Below are positions 27,970 to 41,775 of a DNA stretch of 64,000 nucleotides, piece by piece; positions within the stretch are counted from its first letter, which is position 1; each line of letters opens with the position of its first letter. The translations under genes were made by a program, and so were the position numbers. Below the pieces are notes generated by a model that ran no database searches, had not been told where the DNA came from, and saw nothing but the letters and a program-made list of their open reading frames with translations. The stretch is from contig OX597821.1 of NCBI GenBank assembly GCA_951406725.2, positions 44,578,001 to 44,642,000 on the forward strand, read 5' to 3'. Source of the DNA: Octopus vulgaris. Taxonomy: Eukaryota.

Positions 27970-28420
27970 ATCTCTTATTATAAAAGGCAGATTTTATCTG
28001 CCTCCCTTTGGGAGTTATACAAATCTACAATATAGGATTTCTTCAATTACAATTTACCTAGCATTTTTGAGAGTACAATGCATCGCATCATGCCAGGTCC
28101 AGTTTTTAAAATTTAAACTCCAATTAAGCAAAATTTACAAAAAACTCACATTCTGGTGTGTGTGTCAAATGCTTTTCTTAGTCTGGTTTACACCACACGC
28201 AAACGCACACACACAGTGGGCAACGAATAAAATGAAAGTAAATAGCGACAGAGTTATTTGAGGAAGACTAAACTGAAAGTATTCTGTCTATGACGCTGAT
28301 AGATACATGAGTAAAATGTATGGAAGCTAAGAGCTAAGAGTGAGTGAAAATAGCGAGAGAGTGATTTGAGGAAGACTTTCATTAAATAACCATAGTGGCT
28401 TGTGTTAGTAATAAAGTAAA
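27970..28420 (+). mobile_element. possible non-autonomous Helitron 5' portion
   Basis: Begins A|TCTCTTATTATAAAAGG; internal duplication aaatagcga(c/g)agagt(t/g)atttgaggaagact; no 3' CTAG/hairpin found. Confidence 0.4.
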
Positions 28421-28471
28421 CATACACTCATACATACATACATACATACATACATACATACATACATACAT

Positions 28472-28531
<60 letters not shown>

Positions 28532-28790
28532 ACACACATACACACATACATACATACACATACATACATACATACATACATACATACATACATACATACA
28601 TACATACATACATACATACATACATACATACATACATACATACACACACACACATACACACACACACAGTATTGAAGCTTGAGAACAATCAGATACATTT
28701 GCAACACATCTGTTGAAAATATTGTTCATACATATACATATATACATACAGACAGACAGACAGATAGACACACACACACACACACACACA
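28421..28790. repeat. (TACA)n/(CA)n microsatellites
   Basis: Directly visible. Confidence 0.92.
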
Positions 28791-28839
28791 TGATCCAGCA
28801 TGGCCACAACCTCAAGGCTGAAACATATAAAAGAATAAC

Positions 28840-29210
28840 AGAATATAAATGTGTGCAAAGTACAAGAAATATTAATGCAGTATATGGGGATTGGACAATA
28901 AGCGTAAGGCAGTGTCAATGGTGGTTCCAGAAATCCCGAGCCATAAACTACAGCCTAGAAGATGAGCCTCATCCTGAAAGATCTGTAGAACTCGACAAGG
29001 ACATCCTGAAAACCCTGGTGGAACAAAATCTCATCGTAACTGTTGAGGAACTAGCAGAGAAGCTTGGATTTGGTCATTCAACCATTCATTGAGACCTGTG
29101 TGCTATCGGAAAAGTCAGCAAATTGGGTCAATGGGTTCCTCACGAACTTTCCGAGTCTAATTGCATGCAGAGAGTGAATGTATGCTTTTCTTTGCTGTCA
29201 CATCTCACCA
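28840..29210 (+). pseudogene. mariner transposase N-terminal fragment (family 1)
   Basis: HTH region SVRQCQWWFQK...SLEDEP...TVEELAEKLGFGHSTI and WVPHEL at 29132-29149. Confidence 0.9.
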
Positions 29211-29227
29211 CTACTGCGCTATGTATA

Positions 29228-29864
29228 TCTATATATATAAAACTGTAGTTGTGTGAGTGTCTGTCCCCTTCGATTTAGATTCCTAACTACTCCCACATTT
29301 TGCGGTGCAGTTTAACCAAATTCGGGTAGCTTATAGTCGTGATTCATATCGAGCCTGTCTGAATATTAGCGCGCGTCTACGATGAGTCTACGATTTTAAA
29401 AATAATTTAACATCATTTTTTATTCCATTTTAATGCATAATTTTTCGTGTGTCGATGGCGGCGGAGTTGGCGTCCACGCTCACACCTGCACCTGTGGGGA
29501 AGGGAGTGTAAGGAAATCAACGTCGTAATGCGTTGTCAAGGAGACCAGTGTTCTTTTAGAACAACGACTTCATGGCTTGAAGACACCAAAACAGAAATGG
29601 CTAAGAAAGCGTCTACATGAGTCTACGATTTAAAAAAAAATTTACCATCGTTTTTTTTCCATTTTAATGCATTTTTTCGCTATTATATAAGGGAAGTAAC
29701 TCTCTAAAAATGTCTACGATGAGTCAACGATTTAAAAAAAAATTTACCATCATATTTTTTCCATTTTTAATGCATTTTTTGCTATTTTTTTGCTATAACT
29801 CTCTAAAAATTCTTATATAGTTATTTCCCTTACAAACCCGAGCAATGCCGGGCGATACTACTAG
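29228..29864 (+). mobile_element. non-autonomous Helitron (637 bp)
   Basis: 5' A|TC, subterminal hairpin cccgagcaatgccggg (29837-29852), 3' CTAG|T, no TSD; three internal gtctacgatgagtctacgattt-like repeats (~29375, 29611, 29712). Confidence 0.9.
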
Positions 29865-30157
29865 TATTTTATTAAAAAAATTAGGTAGAACATATGTTTA
29901 AATATTAATTTGTATTATAGTCATAATGTGTGTGGAAACCAAGATTATGTGATTTTCATGCCATTTCCTAAAGACTACACCAGATTTTATATTGCAAAAT
30001 CTTCTGTTTTAAAATGTTCATATTTCTTTCAAAATCTTCTACTATAATTTTATGGGAGAACTTTTACACTTTTTCCAAAAACCAGCTTATGAATCAAACC
30101 ACTGTTTATTTTACTGAACATTTTAAAATTCTTTATTGTTTTAAAAATAAGGATCAA

Positions 30158-30373
30158 CTCTTTAGCATTTAAACCATATCCAGCCAAACTATTCTACCTG
30201 TTCTTTGTTAAAACTAGCCAGATCTGATCTCTCACACCTACTGTATAATGTTATTCTAAAAATAAACCATCTCATCATCAAAATCTCAAAGCAACGAGAT
30301 GATGCTTAATTTATTCAAAATAATGTGAATAAATAAACATTATATTTGACAGTGTAATCTGAATGTTAAAGGG
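30158..30373. mobile_element. piggyBac-like MITE family 1, inverted copy
   Basis: Reverse-complement match to 22756-22966; degenerate TTAA flanks. Confidence 0.72.
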
Positions 30374-30949
30374 TTAGGGGTTTTTAAATGAAGCTAAATA
30401 TCTACAATCAAGATGCGAAATTGGGCCAGGCACTCTACTTGCTGAAAGGCTGCCTCCCTGTTTTCTGCTACAAAAGAGACAATGGTATTTTATCACAGTT
30501 TCACACTAATTAGCTAATTTATTTGGTTCATTAAACTCAAATATATTTTGGTAAATTTTTTGAAAAGATTTCTTTCTTTTTTTTTTTTGTACTTCTGAAA
30601 ATTATTGTTTTTTCTGAAACAGTGTATACATATATACATATAGTATCTACAGCTGTCCTTGTTTTGCCTGAATATGATGTCTCTGTTAAGAACAATCCCA
30701 TTGTGTTGCACCGCATGAAAATAAAAATTCTAATACAAACAACAAACCATTTCATTCCTTCTATATATTATATTCTATGTATGATAATGTAACATTTTTT
30801 TTGTTGTGTTTGGTTGTTTTCAATTATTTAAGAATCCAAGAGTTTTTCAGTTTCTTTGCCATTGTTAGCGGCCTTCAGCTGTATGTTTGTGTATGCATGC
30901 GTGTATTTATATATATCTGTGTCATGCCATTATCATTTAACATCTATGG

Positions 30950-30999
<50 letters not shown>

Positions 31000-31466
31000 G
31001 CACACGCATACATGCACACATTCACATACACATACATACAACAGGATTTTATACAATAATTCTACCAAACTCAGCTGAAGATCAAGGTAGAAAACAACCA
31101 AGTTGCAATGCAGTGATACTAAAAAAACTCATGGTTACTAAGTGCAGGCATGTTTGTACCCAGCTGTTTTAATAAAAAAAACCTCCATGTTTATTCAATT
31201 TATACTTTTATCTCTGAGGTATGTTACCTTTCTCTACCCCGATTTCTCTGTTTCCTTAAATAACATTGATCATTTTCTCTTTACAGCCACATGGAAACTA
31301 GATATGAGTGAAGTTATTGACTGATGAATATTGATAGATGACTATGTTGATTTCAGCACAACCTAATCAAATGTAAGATCATTTAGCTTCCTTCTTCTAG
31401 AATTTCTTATTAACCTACTGCATGTATACTGAATATATTTTAACTTATATTGTCTCTATATTAACC

Positions 31467-31534
<68 letters not shown>

Positions 31535-31604
31535 GCTGTGTATATATTGTATATATATTGAAATACTGTGTATGTATTAACTTGTTGTATATATACTGTA
31601 TATA

Positions 31605-32131
31605 TTGGGTCATCCCATAAGTAATGCAGTTTTTTTTATGCTTATTTTATTTTTCAAAATTAAGATAAACAAAGTTCTTTTTTAATCTAAAATATACTCT
31701 CCTCCATTTTCTACAATGCTCTTCCATATATCTGGTAGACTTGCATGGACCCACTTCCAAAATTCACTTGTCCGTGATGAAAAATACTCCTCCAGTACTA
31801 TTCTGACCTTGTCACTGTTGTCACTGGTTTATGCTTATTGTCTGATCTCCATTTATTGCATTAATATTCCTTGCACTTTCCATTGCATTGTTGCTTTTAT
31901 TGAACTCATAAAGCAAAATATACTACATATGCTCCTTTGAAACTTCCATTATAGCTTTGAAAAAATAACTGTTAAAATTTAACTGCACTCTTCAAAACTT
32001 GCACTAAGAATAAGGACAAGTTGAAATTACTACCTGCTTTTATTGCAAGTTGATGCAGGTAGTTTATCCCATCTCCTTCTAACTTTTAGTTCATGCAATT
32101 GAAAAATCGCATTATTTATGGGATGACACAT
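31605..32131 (-). mobile_element. mariner family 1 internal-deletion derivative
   Basis: TIRs ttgggtcatcccataagtaatgc / gcattatttatgggatgacacat with TA flanks; both ends collinear with 35418-36435. Confidence 0.87.
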
Positions 32132-32307
32132 TATAATTAACCTATGGTATGTATACTGTATATATGTATTTATCTACTGCATGTGTAACGATATGCAGGT
32201 TAACATAATTAACGTACTGTATGTACACTATTTATATATTAAATTACTGTATGGAGATTAACCTTCTGTATGTACACTGTACGTTATATATTAACCTATT
32301 GAACCAT

Positions 32308-32473
32308 GATTAAGGTTACTATTGGTTTCATGTTAAAAGAGAAATCCCTTAGATTATCAAACCTGCCACATAGAACATCAGTATTTATCTCCATTTTGGA
32401 TTAAAACAATATCTACAATGTTTCAGGTTTGATACCTGTTAAGCTTAACATGAAACCAATGGTAACCTTAATC
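32308..32473. mobile_element. small fold-back MITE
   Basis: 29-bp inverted repeat with one mismatch (32308-32336 / 32445-32473) plus inner 11-bp inverted repeat tatcaaacctg / caggtttgata. Confidence 0.75.
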
Positions 32474-33334
32474 CATATGATATATATATATATATATACA
32501 CATTTTGTATATATTTTAACCTACTCTATTTATAATAACCTCCTGTGGTAGTGTACGATAACCTGTTGTATGTATGTATTCCTACAGCATGTATACTATA
32601 AGTTATTTTAGTTCTGTTATTTAGTTTTTCTTTTATTCTCAGAAATAAAGGTAAATGGTGGTAGATTGGCAGAATTGTTAAGAGAATCAAAAGAAATGTC
32701 TTGTAGTATTTGCTTCCTCTCCTTAAATCCTGAGTTCAAATCCTGGTCAACTTTTCATTTCATCCTTCCTGGGGTTGATAAAATGAAGTCACCTGTCAAC
32801 TAACAATTTCACTCCAGAATCTCAGGCCTTGAAACATTTATTAGAAATAAACAACATTTTGGTGATCTTCTTTAGAAAGGTATAAATTCAGAAATCCTTG
32901 TTTATTTTTTCCTAAATTACTTATCCATCACCCATAGTACCACCATAAAGCTTCCACCTGGAGCTTTGGGTCCCTTTAGTGGAGTTCACTCTAGTTGAAG
33001 CCACGTCTCTGGTCTAAGGATTACTACTTCCCTTCCTCCTACCTGTCTTAGAGACCCTGAACACAGGTGTTGGTGCAGCCTATTCCTTATCTCACTAGAC
33101 CATTAAAAACAAAACTAAACTATGCTAGACCTCATTAGAGGTAGCAGAGTGCTAGAAAAAGGAAGAATAGGGGTGGGGAACTCTTGTTCATGGATAAAAT
33201 TTCATCCACATTCATATTTAAAACTGTTAGCTGACAGTCTCTTAAAACCCAGATGTATATAAGAGTTTAAACCTTGATGTGTGTGTATGTGTCTGTGTGT
33301 TAAGTATGATATGTAGATAGCTATTTTAATTCAC

Positions 33335-33886
33335 AAAAATCAAAATCAAATTCGATGGCTGGCGTCCATGCTAGCAGGGTGCAAAGAGCACCATACGAGT
33401 GTGATCATTGACAGAGCGGCTAACCAACTTCAGTGCCAGTGGCACTTAAAAGGCACCATTCGAGCGTGATCGTTACCAGCGTCACATTACTGGCACTCGA
33501 GTCCTGTGCTAGTAGGGTATTAAGAGCACCATCCAAGCGTGATCGTTGCCAGAGCAGCTATCTGGCCTCCATGCCAGTGGCACATAAAAGACACCATTCA
33601 AACGTGATTGTTACCAGCATTGCCTTACTGGCACCTGTGCTGGTAGCATGTGTAAAAGATTCGAGTGAGGTCGTTGCCAGTGCTGCCTGACTGGCCCCAT
33701 GCCGGTGGCACATAAAAGTACCCACTACACTCTCGGAGTGGTTGGCATTAGGAAGGGCATCCAGCTGTAGAAACTCTGCCAGATCAAGATTGAAGCCTGG
33801 TGCAGCCATCTGGTTCGCCAGCCCTCAGTCATACGTCCAACCCATGCTAGCATGGAAAGTGGATGTTAAACGATGATGATGATGAT
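33335..33886 (+). mobile_element. RTE 3'UTR copy with expanded internal modules
   Basis: Ends gtccaacccatgctagcatggaaagtggatgttaaac(gat)n; repeated gtgccagtggcac / cgtgatcgttaccagc modules. Confidence 0.88.
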
Positions 33887-34015
33887 TTCCTATATTGGAA
33901 ATGGAGCCAATTTCATGTACTGAAATTGGCTCCATTTTTTAATGCTCATACCATATGTATCAATCAAAGAAAATGAACTATGAACATCATTATTGCTCTA
34001 TATTTCTGCTGTATG

Positions 34016-35012
34016 CAAGAATGAGCTGAGAGGTTCATAGGCTGACTATGAAGGAATGATACTAGAACTGTGAAATCTTGCATACATTAATTTCAACCCT
34101 TCTTATAAATAACTTCATTGTTTCTTTCCATCTAACTGTTCAAAGAAACTTTAAAAATAACTAGTACTGACTTCTGTTAAAAATGGACAAAATTTGGCAC
34201 TGTGGTGCAGTCAAGTACTTGCAGAAAAAGGGTTTCACCCCAAACAACATTCATGCTGACAAGGATGCTACATAAAGGATGATACTACAGCTTTATCAAG
34301 AATGCAAAAATGGACAGTTTCTGTTTGGTAGGTGCCACATATTCTGACAACTGATGAAAAGCACACCAGGCTGATCATATCACAGGAAAATCTGATATTG
34401 TTTGAAGCAGATCCAGCTGGTTTCCTTGAACATTTCCTAATCCAGGATGAGTGTTGGGTTCATCACTTTGAGTCAGAGACAAAGAAACAATCCATGCACT
34501 GGAAACACCCCTCCTCACCTGCTCCAACAAAGGTCAAGGCTGTTTCATCTGTAGGGAAGACAATGGCTTCAGTTTTGGGGGGAATACTAAAGGTATTGCG
34601 TTTATTTACTATCTTAATGGAAAGTACTATGCCGACTTGCTATGGCAATTACAAAAGCTATCAAAATCAAACACCCAGGAAAACTAATGAAAGGGGTCTT
34701 GTTTCATCAGAACAGCGCTCTAGCACACAAGTCCTTGGTTTCAATGACTGCAAATCTCCTGATTTGGCTCCATCTGACTATCACCTGTTCCCCAACATGA
34801 GAAAATACTTGGCTGGTAACTGGTATCACAGTGATGATGAGGTCATATCTGCTGTTGCTACTAGTTACTTTTGAAGTCTTCTTCGAACAGTCAGATGCCA
34901 GTTTCCTGGAGAGAAGCAATGTAGTCATTAATAAATGTTGAAATTAATGCATCCAAGATTTCACAGCAGCTCTTCTTCATAGTCAGCCTAGGAACTTTTT
35001 AGACCACCTTTG
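34016..35012 (+). mobile_element. mariner family 2 relic with two inverted 5' ends
   Basis: VPHILT, QDECWVHHFE, SPDLAPSDYHLF motifs; the right ~150 bp are the reverse complement of the left end. Confidence 0.88.
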
Positions 35013-35417
35013 TAGAAGCAATGCAATGTATATTAGCAATGTGGTGTGTAATACATTATATTATATAATAATCATTTACGGTACTTTGTAATAGTAATGT
35101 AATATATATATTAGTAGTATTATATTATTATTTATGTACAACACATTATAATAGCAATGTAATATATAATATGGTAAATGTGATGTATAATTCATTTTTA
35201 TCACAATGCAATTTATTATACACCTGCTAATAGGCATTATCTTGCTATTATAATGTAACAGATAATATATTACAATAGCAATGTGATGTATACAAACGGT
35301 GTGATGTTTAATATTATAGCAATGTAATTTATATAAGCATTATGTTATATATAATACAGCATAATAACAATGTGATATATATATATTTGTATATGTATGT
35401 ATGTATGTATGTATGTA

Positions 35418-36435
35418 TTGTCATCCCATGAATAATGCATTTTTTTAATACTTTATTTATTTTTCAAAATTAAGATAAACAAAGTTCTTTTTTAATCTAA
35501 AATATACTCTCCTTCATTTTCTGCAATGCTCTTCCATCTATCTGGTAGACTTGCAAGGACCCTCTTCCAAAATTCACTTGTCCGTGATGAAAAATACTCC
35601 TCTTCTACTCTTCTGACCTCATCTACAGAATTCATATTTTTTTTCATCCAAATGATTTTGAAGACTGTTGGAATAAATGATAATCAGACGGGGCGATGTC
35701 TGGCAAATACGGTAGGTGGGGCATTGTTTCCCATACAAACTGCTCCAATCTTTAGAATGTCATCCTAGGGTGCTGGTGTTTCTCCTTTCCCTACCCACTG
35801 TCTTCGGCGCTTGACATTTTTATAGAGAACCCATTTCTCATCACCAGTCGCTATTCAGTCCAAATAAGGTTTATTCATGAGACATGACAGCAAAGAAGAG
35901 CATACATTCACTCTCTGTGCGCATTGGGATCCATTGACCCAATTTGTGACTTTCCTGATGGCACACAGGTGTCAATGAATGGTTGAATGACCAAATCAAA
36001 GCTTCTCTACTAGTTCCTCAACAGTTACAATGAGATTTTCTTCCACCAGAGTTTGCAGGATGTCCTTGTCAAGCTCTTGCAGGATGAGGCTCGTCTTCTA
36101 AGCTGTAGTTTCCAGCTCAGAATTTCTGGAACTACTATTGACACTTGCTTACACTTGTCCAATCCCCATTTACTGCATTAATATTCCTTGCACTTTCTGT
36201 TGCACTGTTACCTTTATTGAACTTAAAAAGCAAAATATGATGAATGTGCTCCTTTGCTACTTCCATTATAGAAAAAAATAACTGTTAAAATCGAACTGCA
36301 CTCTTCAAAACTTGCACTAAGAATAAGAGCAAAGTGAAATTAATACTTGCTTTTATAGCAAGTTGAGTCAGGTTGTTTAATCCATCCCCCTCTGAAAAAA
36401 AATTGAAAAAACGCATTGTTTATGGGATGACCCTA
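35418..36435 (-). mobile_element. mariner family 1, decayed longer copy
   Basis: Same TIRs as 31605-32131; internal sequence matches the 28840-29210 transposase fragment; PPYLPDIAPSDYH remnant near 35680-35720. Confidence 0.88.
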
Positions 36436-36648
36436 TATATATATATATATATATATCGTTTCTGTTATGCAAAAGTAAAGTCCAAAACATTGCTTTTTCA
36501 GAAAAAAACTAAACTTTTACTAAACTTTTGACAATTTTTGACACCATGGCATCTGAAGTAGCTGGAGATACGATAGTTTGAGCAAAAAGACGCATTTGGC
36601 TAAATTTGGACATATGACAGTTTAACATAATAGCAACAATATCTATCT

Positions 36649-36680
<32 letters not shown>

Positions 36681-37475
36681 AGAAATGTAGTGTATAATAT
36701 AATAGCCATGTAATATATAATAGAAATGTAATTCATATTAGCAATGTGATATAATGATATAATGTATAATACATAAATAAGTACTTGTGCTGGTGTCATG
36801 TAAGAAGCACCCAGTTCACTCTGGGTTGGCATTAGGAAGAGCATCCAGCCATAGAAATACATGATTGGAATCTTGTGCAGCTCTCTAGCTTGCCATCTCT
36901 AGCCAAACCATCTAACTCATGCCAGCATGGAAAATGGACATTAAATGATGAAAAGAAAAGAAAATATACACTGCTTATAGTAGCAATGTAATACGTATCA
37001 TAATAATTCTAATTCCATCATGAGGACAGCAATTTTAAGGGGAGGCACAAGTTAATTGTATCAACCCTAGTACTTGACTGTTACTTTATTTTATCAGCTC
37101 TGAAAGGATGAAAGGCAAAGTTAACTTCAGTGGTATTTGAACTCAGAGCCAGAAGAAACACTGCTGTGTATTTTGTCCAACACACTGAAGAGTCTGACAG
37201 CTTGCAGCCCTAATGTAATATATAATGATATCACATTCTAGTGATAATTGTAAAAATCTCCATAAAATCTCTGCTAAGATTTAACATAGATTTTCTAAAT
37301 TGGAAATCAATGACTACTTTCTTTTTTAAACTGTATTGACATAGTTTAAGAAAGTAACTTCAAGGTTTTCAATAATAGCTGATCAATAATCTGCAGTAAC
37401 AGTTGTATAAATATTATTGTATATTAGGAGAATCATTTTGCCAATAACAAACACATTACTTCTATTTTTCACTAC

Positions 37476-37524
<49 letters not shown>

Positions 37525-39044
37525 ACTAGGTAATAATTTAACTAATCGATTCCTTGATTAATTGTTCAATCAATTGATCGATCAGCTAGTTTGTCACAAT
37601 CCTTTCATTATCATTCAACAGCCTCATCAATGCCATGGCCCTCCCTCCTCATTACTATGGGTCTCTTTCATCTCCTGAATCTGAGTCTCCCAACTTTTCT
37701 ATTTTTTATGTATATTTTGTGCGTGTGTGTGTGTGTGTGTGCATGCATGTATCCATGGTGTGTTTTTTATTGGGATTTGATTTTTACTTTTAATATCTTT
37801 GGTTAGTATCATTCTGAGGAGACTAGTTGTGTGTGCACTCACACACACAAACCCCCTTGCTGCTTTTTTCCTTTTTTTCTTTTGACTGATCATATTTTAC
37901 AGTTTATGGCTGTCTGCCTCTTCAAATTAATTAACTCTTTTTGTAAATTTACATAGTTTTTCATTTTTTTTATTTTCTTCGGTTGAATAATTAACTGGCT
38001 CATACTTAAGAATTGTCTTAGTATAAAGTTTGATTTATTTTAATGTCTTTAACTTCAGATAATGTTGTGCTAACAATTCCAAAGAAGAATAAGATAACTT
38101 TATACATGGCACCTTTGACTAGTAATTTTAAGCTCTTTGTTGTGTGTAGAAAAAGTAATAATAAATGTATATATTCTGTACACCTTCTTTATTCTTTGAT
38201 TTAGATTTCAAACTTCCAAACCTACTTTGACTGAACTTCATCAAAAAGGGATTGTCTCCCCTATGACAGCTGATCACCAGGGGTTTCATCATGTATTTTA
38301 ATTAGCTTATTGCTTTTATTAAATACTTTAACCAACCATCGTATTAATCTGTAGATATGGTAGTTGTGTTCTCTTGGATTGAACCCCAACTTCTATATTT
38401 GAAACTTCTCTTCCTATTAATTCTGTAATAAGAACTTGCTTAACTGTTTCCAGAATCTAGTTTTTCATTTTTATTAACACTGACAACTGACTCAAAATGC
38501 TGGACTGTGGAATTGGTTATGTCACATTCCTGGCAGTAATGTTTCTTAATTCACACCTGGTCTTCAATTAGCTGCACTTAGGCTTCATAGAATACAGCGA
38601 TTTTTATTCAGTTGGAATATGTGAATCTTCAGAAATATCAACCATTGAAATCATCCAACCAATATATTTCTTCATAATGGCTTCATTGACAAATCTGAGA
38701 AGAGATGATTGTCTGTTTTAACATGATCCTTCTGTGGCTTTAATGTAACTTAGCATTAGTTCTCTGTAATTTTCTAATCTCATTTATCCAAATTCTAAAA
38801 CTAGGAAGGAAACCCTTTAAAAAGATATGGTTACTGTTCTGCAAATGAATAATAACAATAATAATAATGGATTCAAATTTTGGCACAAATCTAACAATTT
38901 TAGGAAAAAGAACAATCAATTACATCAACTCCAGTACTCAAATGGTTCTTATTTTATTGACCCTGAAAGGGTGAAAGATTAAGTTAACCTCAACAAAATT
39001 TGAAATCAGAATGTAAAGAGCTGGAAGAAATGCCACTAGTAATA

Positions 39045-40250
39045 GGTGGGGTCAGCTGAAAAGTTCACAGGCTGACCAAAATACTCACATGGAATGTAAC
39101 CAAATGAGATTTATTTTTCAACATAGACTCCTTGCAATCTACACACTTTTTCCATCAATGTTGTAGTGCTTGGATCACATTGGTGAAAATTTCATCTTGT
39201 TCATCAAAAAAGATCAACAGCAGTGTTTATTTCATGCTGGAGAACAGGTGATAGTCAGATGGGGGCTAATATGGAGGTTGGTCAACAACTTCAAAACCAC
39301 AGTCACACACAGCAGCCATTGAAACCAAGGATTTGTGTGCTGGAGCTTTGTCCTGATGAAACAAGATCCCTTATGTCAGTTTTCTTGGGCATTTTGTTTT
39401 GATAGCCTTTTGTAACTACCTCAGCAAGTTGGCATAATACTCTTCATTGATGATGTGGCCCTTTCCTGGATAGTCAATAAACACAGTGCCTTTTGCATCC
39501 CAAAAAACTGAAGTCATCTCTTTCCCTACCAATGAAACAACTTTGGCCTTCTTTGGAACAGTTGAAGAAGAGTGTTTCCACTGCATGGATTGTCTCTTTA
39601 AGTGATGAACTCAACACTCATCCTAGGTTAAGGAAACCTTCTCAGAAACCAGCTGGATCTACCTGAAACAATGTCAGATTTTCCTGTGATGTGATCAGCC
39701 TGGTGCACTTTTAATCAGGCATCAGAAGATGTGGCACCCACTGAGCAGACACTTTCATCATGCCAAGTTCATTGTGCAGAATATTCTCAACTCTTTCATG
39801 GGATATGCTACGAGCATTGGCTATTTGATTTCTAGTCAATCATTTGTCTTTCATCACCCTGTGATGAACACAGTCAAAGTTTTCCTTGTTAGTGGCAGTT
39901 GCAGGAGTTCCAAACCATGAGGCATCTTCAAGATTCTTCTTTTCCCTTCCTAAATTCCATTGCCCACTTTTGCACAGTTTATAAAGATGGAGCATCATCC
40001 CCTAATGTAGCAACCTTGTCAGCATGACCGTTGTTGGGGGCTAAATCCTTTTTCTGCAGACACTTGATAAAAGCACAATGCCAAACTTTGTCCATTTGAA
40101 GAGCAGTCACTACTGATTACTTTTGAAATCTTCTTTAGAAATAAGCAATGCAGTTATTCATAAAAACAGTTGAAATTAATGCTTGCAAGATTTCACAGCT
40201 CTAGAATCACTCCTTCATAGTCAGCCTATGACCTTTTCAGTCAACCCTTG
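39045..40250 (-). mobile_element. mariner family 2, near full-length decayed copy
   Basis: ~28-bp TIRs (gctgaaaagttcacaggctgac / gtcagcctatgaccttttcagtc) with TA flanks; MDKVWHCAFIKCLQKK start and WVPHLL on the minus strand. Confidence 0.88.
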
Positions 40251-40675
40251 TAATCCTTTCTAAAGTCTTGGTTAATATTTCATTTTTATCAACCCCAAGA
40301 AGATGAGAGGCAAATTTGACTACTATGGGATTTAATCTCAGAATGTAAAGAGCCGGAAGAAATGATGCTAAACATTTTGTCCAGCCTGCTAATGATTCTG
40401 CTCACTCACTGCCTTAATAATAATAATAAAATTGATGACTAGATTGATGGTTTATAACTAGGAAGTGATAGCTAAATAGATGGTTTACAGAATTACTGAT
40501 GAATTAATTCCTTGCTCAATAATGTTAATCAATCAAAATTCCAACTTTGCTAAAAAAAATTTCTTGTATAAATTTGGAATTGATAATTACTGGAAATCTT
40601 TACATTAATTTTTAATGGATTGGGTAGGATATGTTGGATGAGTGAGTATTCTTAATATGAAAAATAATTCATATC

Positions 40676-41072
40676 AGGTGTGGCTGTGTGGTAAGAAGTT
40701 TTCTTCCCAACCACATGGTTTCAGGTTCAGTCCCATTTTGTAGTGCCTTGGGCAAGTGTCTTCTGCTATAGCCTTGGGCCAACCAAAGCTTTGTGAGTGG
40801 ATTTGATAGACAGAAACTGAAAGAAGCCTGTTATGTGTGTGTGTGAGAGAGAGAGAGAGAGTCTTTTTGTCTAGGTTTGTCACCCTCCACCACTTGACAA
40901 CTGATGGTACGTTTACATCCCAGTAACTTCAGCAAAAATAGACCAATAGAAAAAGTAGCAAGCTTAACAAAAAAATAAGTCTTAGGGTCAATTCATTCAA
41001 CTAAAAGCTTTTTAGTGTGGTGCCCCAACACAGTTGCAGTCTAATGACTGAAACAAGTAAAAGATAAAAGAT
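40676..41072 (+). mobile_element. SINE family A, older full-length copy
   Basis: Head, internal (GT/GA)n and tail gcagtctaatgactgaaacaagtaaaag all present. Confidence 0.85.
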
Positions 41073-41185
41073 ATATATTCTTTATAATCTATAGTTGACT
41101 AATAAATGACTAGTCTTTTTTTTGTTTCATAGTTTCATTAACCTCTCTAAAATAGACTATTTCATATGAGATATACAATCACAGC

Positions 41186-41362
41186 TAGGCCCATCATAAG
41201 GCATGGGAACACTAGACAGTTTCTCAGGGGCTTCAAGTGTCTAGAGGCCCAATTCTGACCTATGTGTATTGTGGCCTGCTGTCAATAAATGAATACCATA
41301 GGGCTCATTGCATTGATTTGCCAGGGAGGGAGTGGGGATATAAGGCTACCTAGACAGTCCTG
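41186..41362. mobile_element. possible hAT-like MITE
   Basis: Decayed termini taggcccatc / gacagtcctg; TSD only partly matched. Confidence 0.35.
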
Positions 41363-41594
41363 ATTGCAACTGTTGGGTTCTCCTCTGATGGTCAGTGTAA
41401 GTTAAGCAAGAAATAATTCTATGTCCAGAAATGGTAATCTATTTTTTAGCTTGATACAAGAGAGAGTGAAAGAGAGTTAATTAAGCTGACTGTGGTATCA
41501 TACCAACACTCATTTTATCTACTTGGAAAAGATTAACTAATTAGAGTCAATTCCAGGAAGGTTTGAGTTCAGAACATTGTGACACCATGCTTCT

Positions 41595-41775
41595 ACATGG
41601 CTGCTCAACCTACTAGAAATAGCAATCAAAACTCTTCCAAATTATCTTAAAACCGGGGACACATTAAATGATATAGTCCAAGATAGATATATCCCCTCTG
41701 AAACAGTATGTTGGTCACTAATGGAGTCTTTGACCATAGGTTTGCTCAATCAATTGGTTTAGGTCTAAACAATAA
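41595..41775 (+). repeat. dispersed repeat family C (old SINE-like, unclassified)
   Basis: gctcaacctactagaaatagca...gaccataggtttgctc...taaacaa motif recurs at ~21575-21665, 49030-49205, 51580-51730, 45520-45590(-), 55455-55610(-) and 63465-63680(-). Confidence 0.6.
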
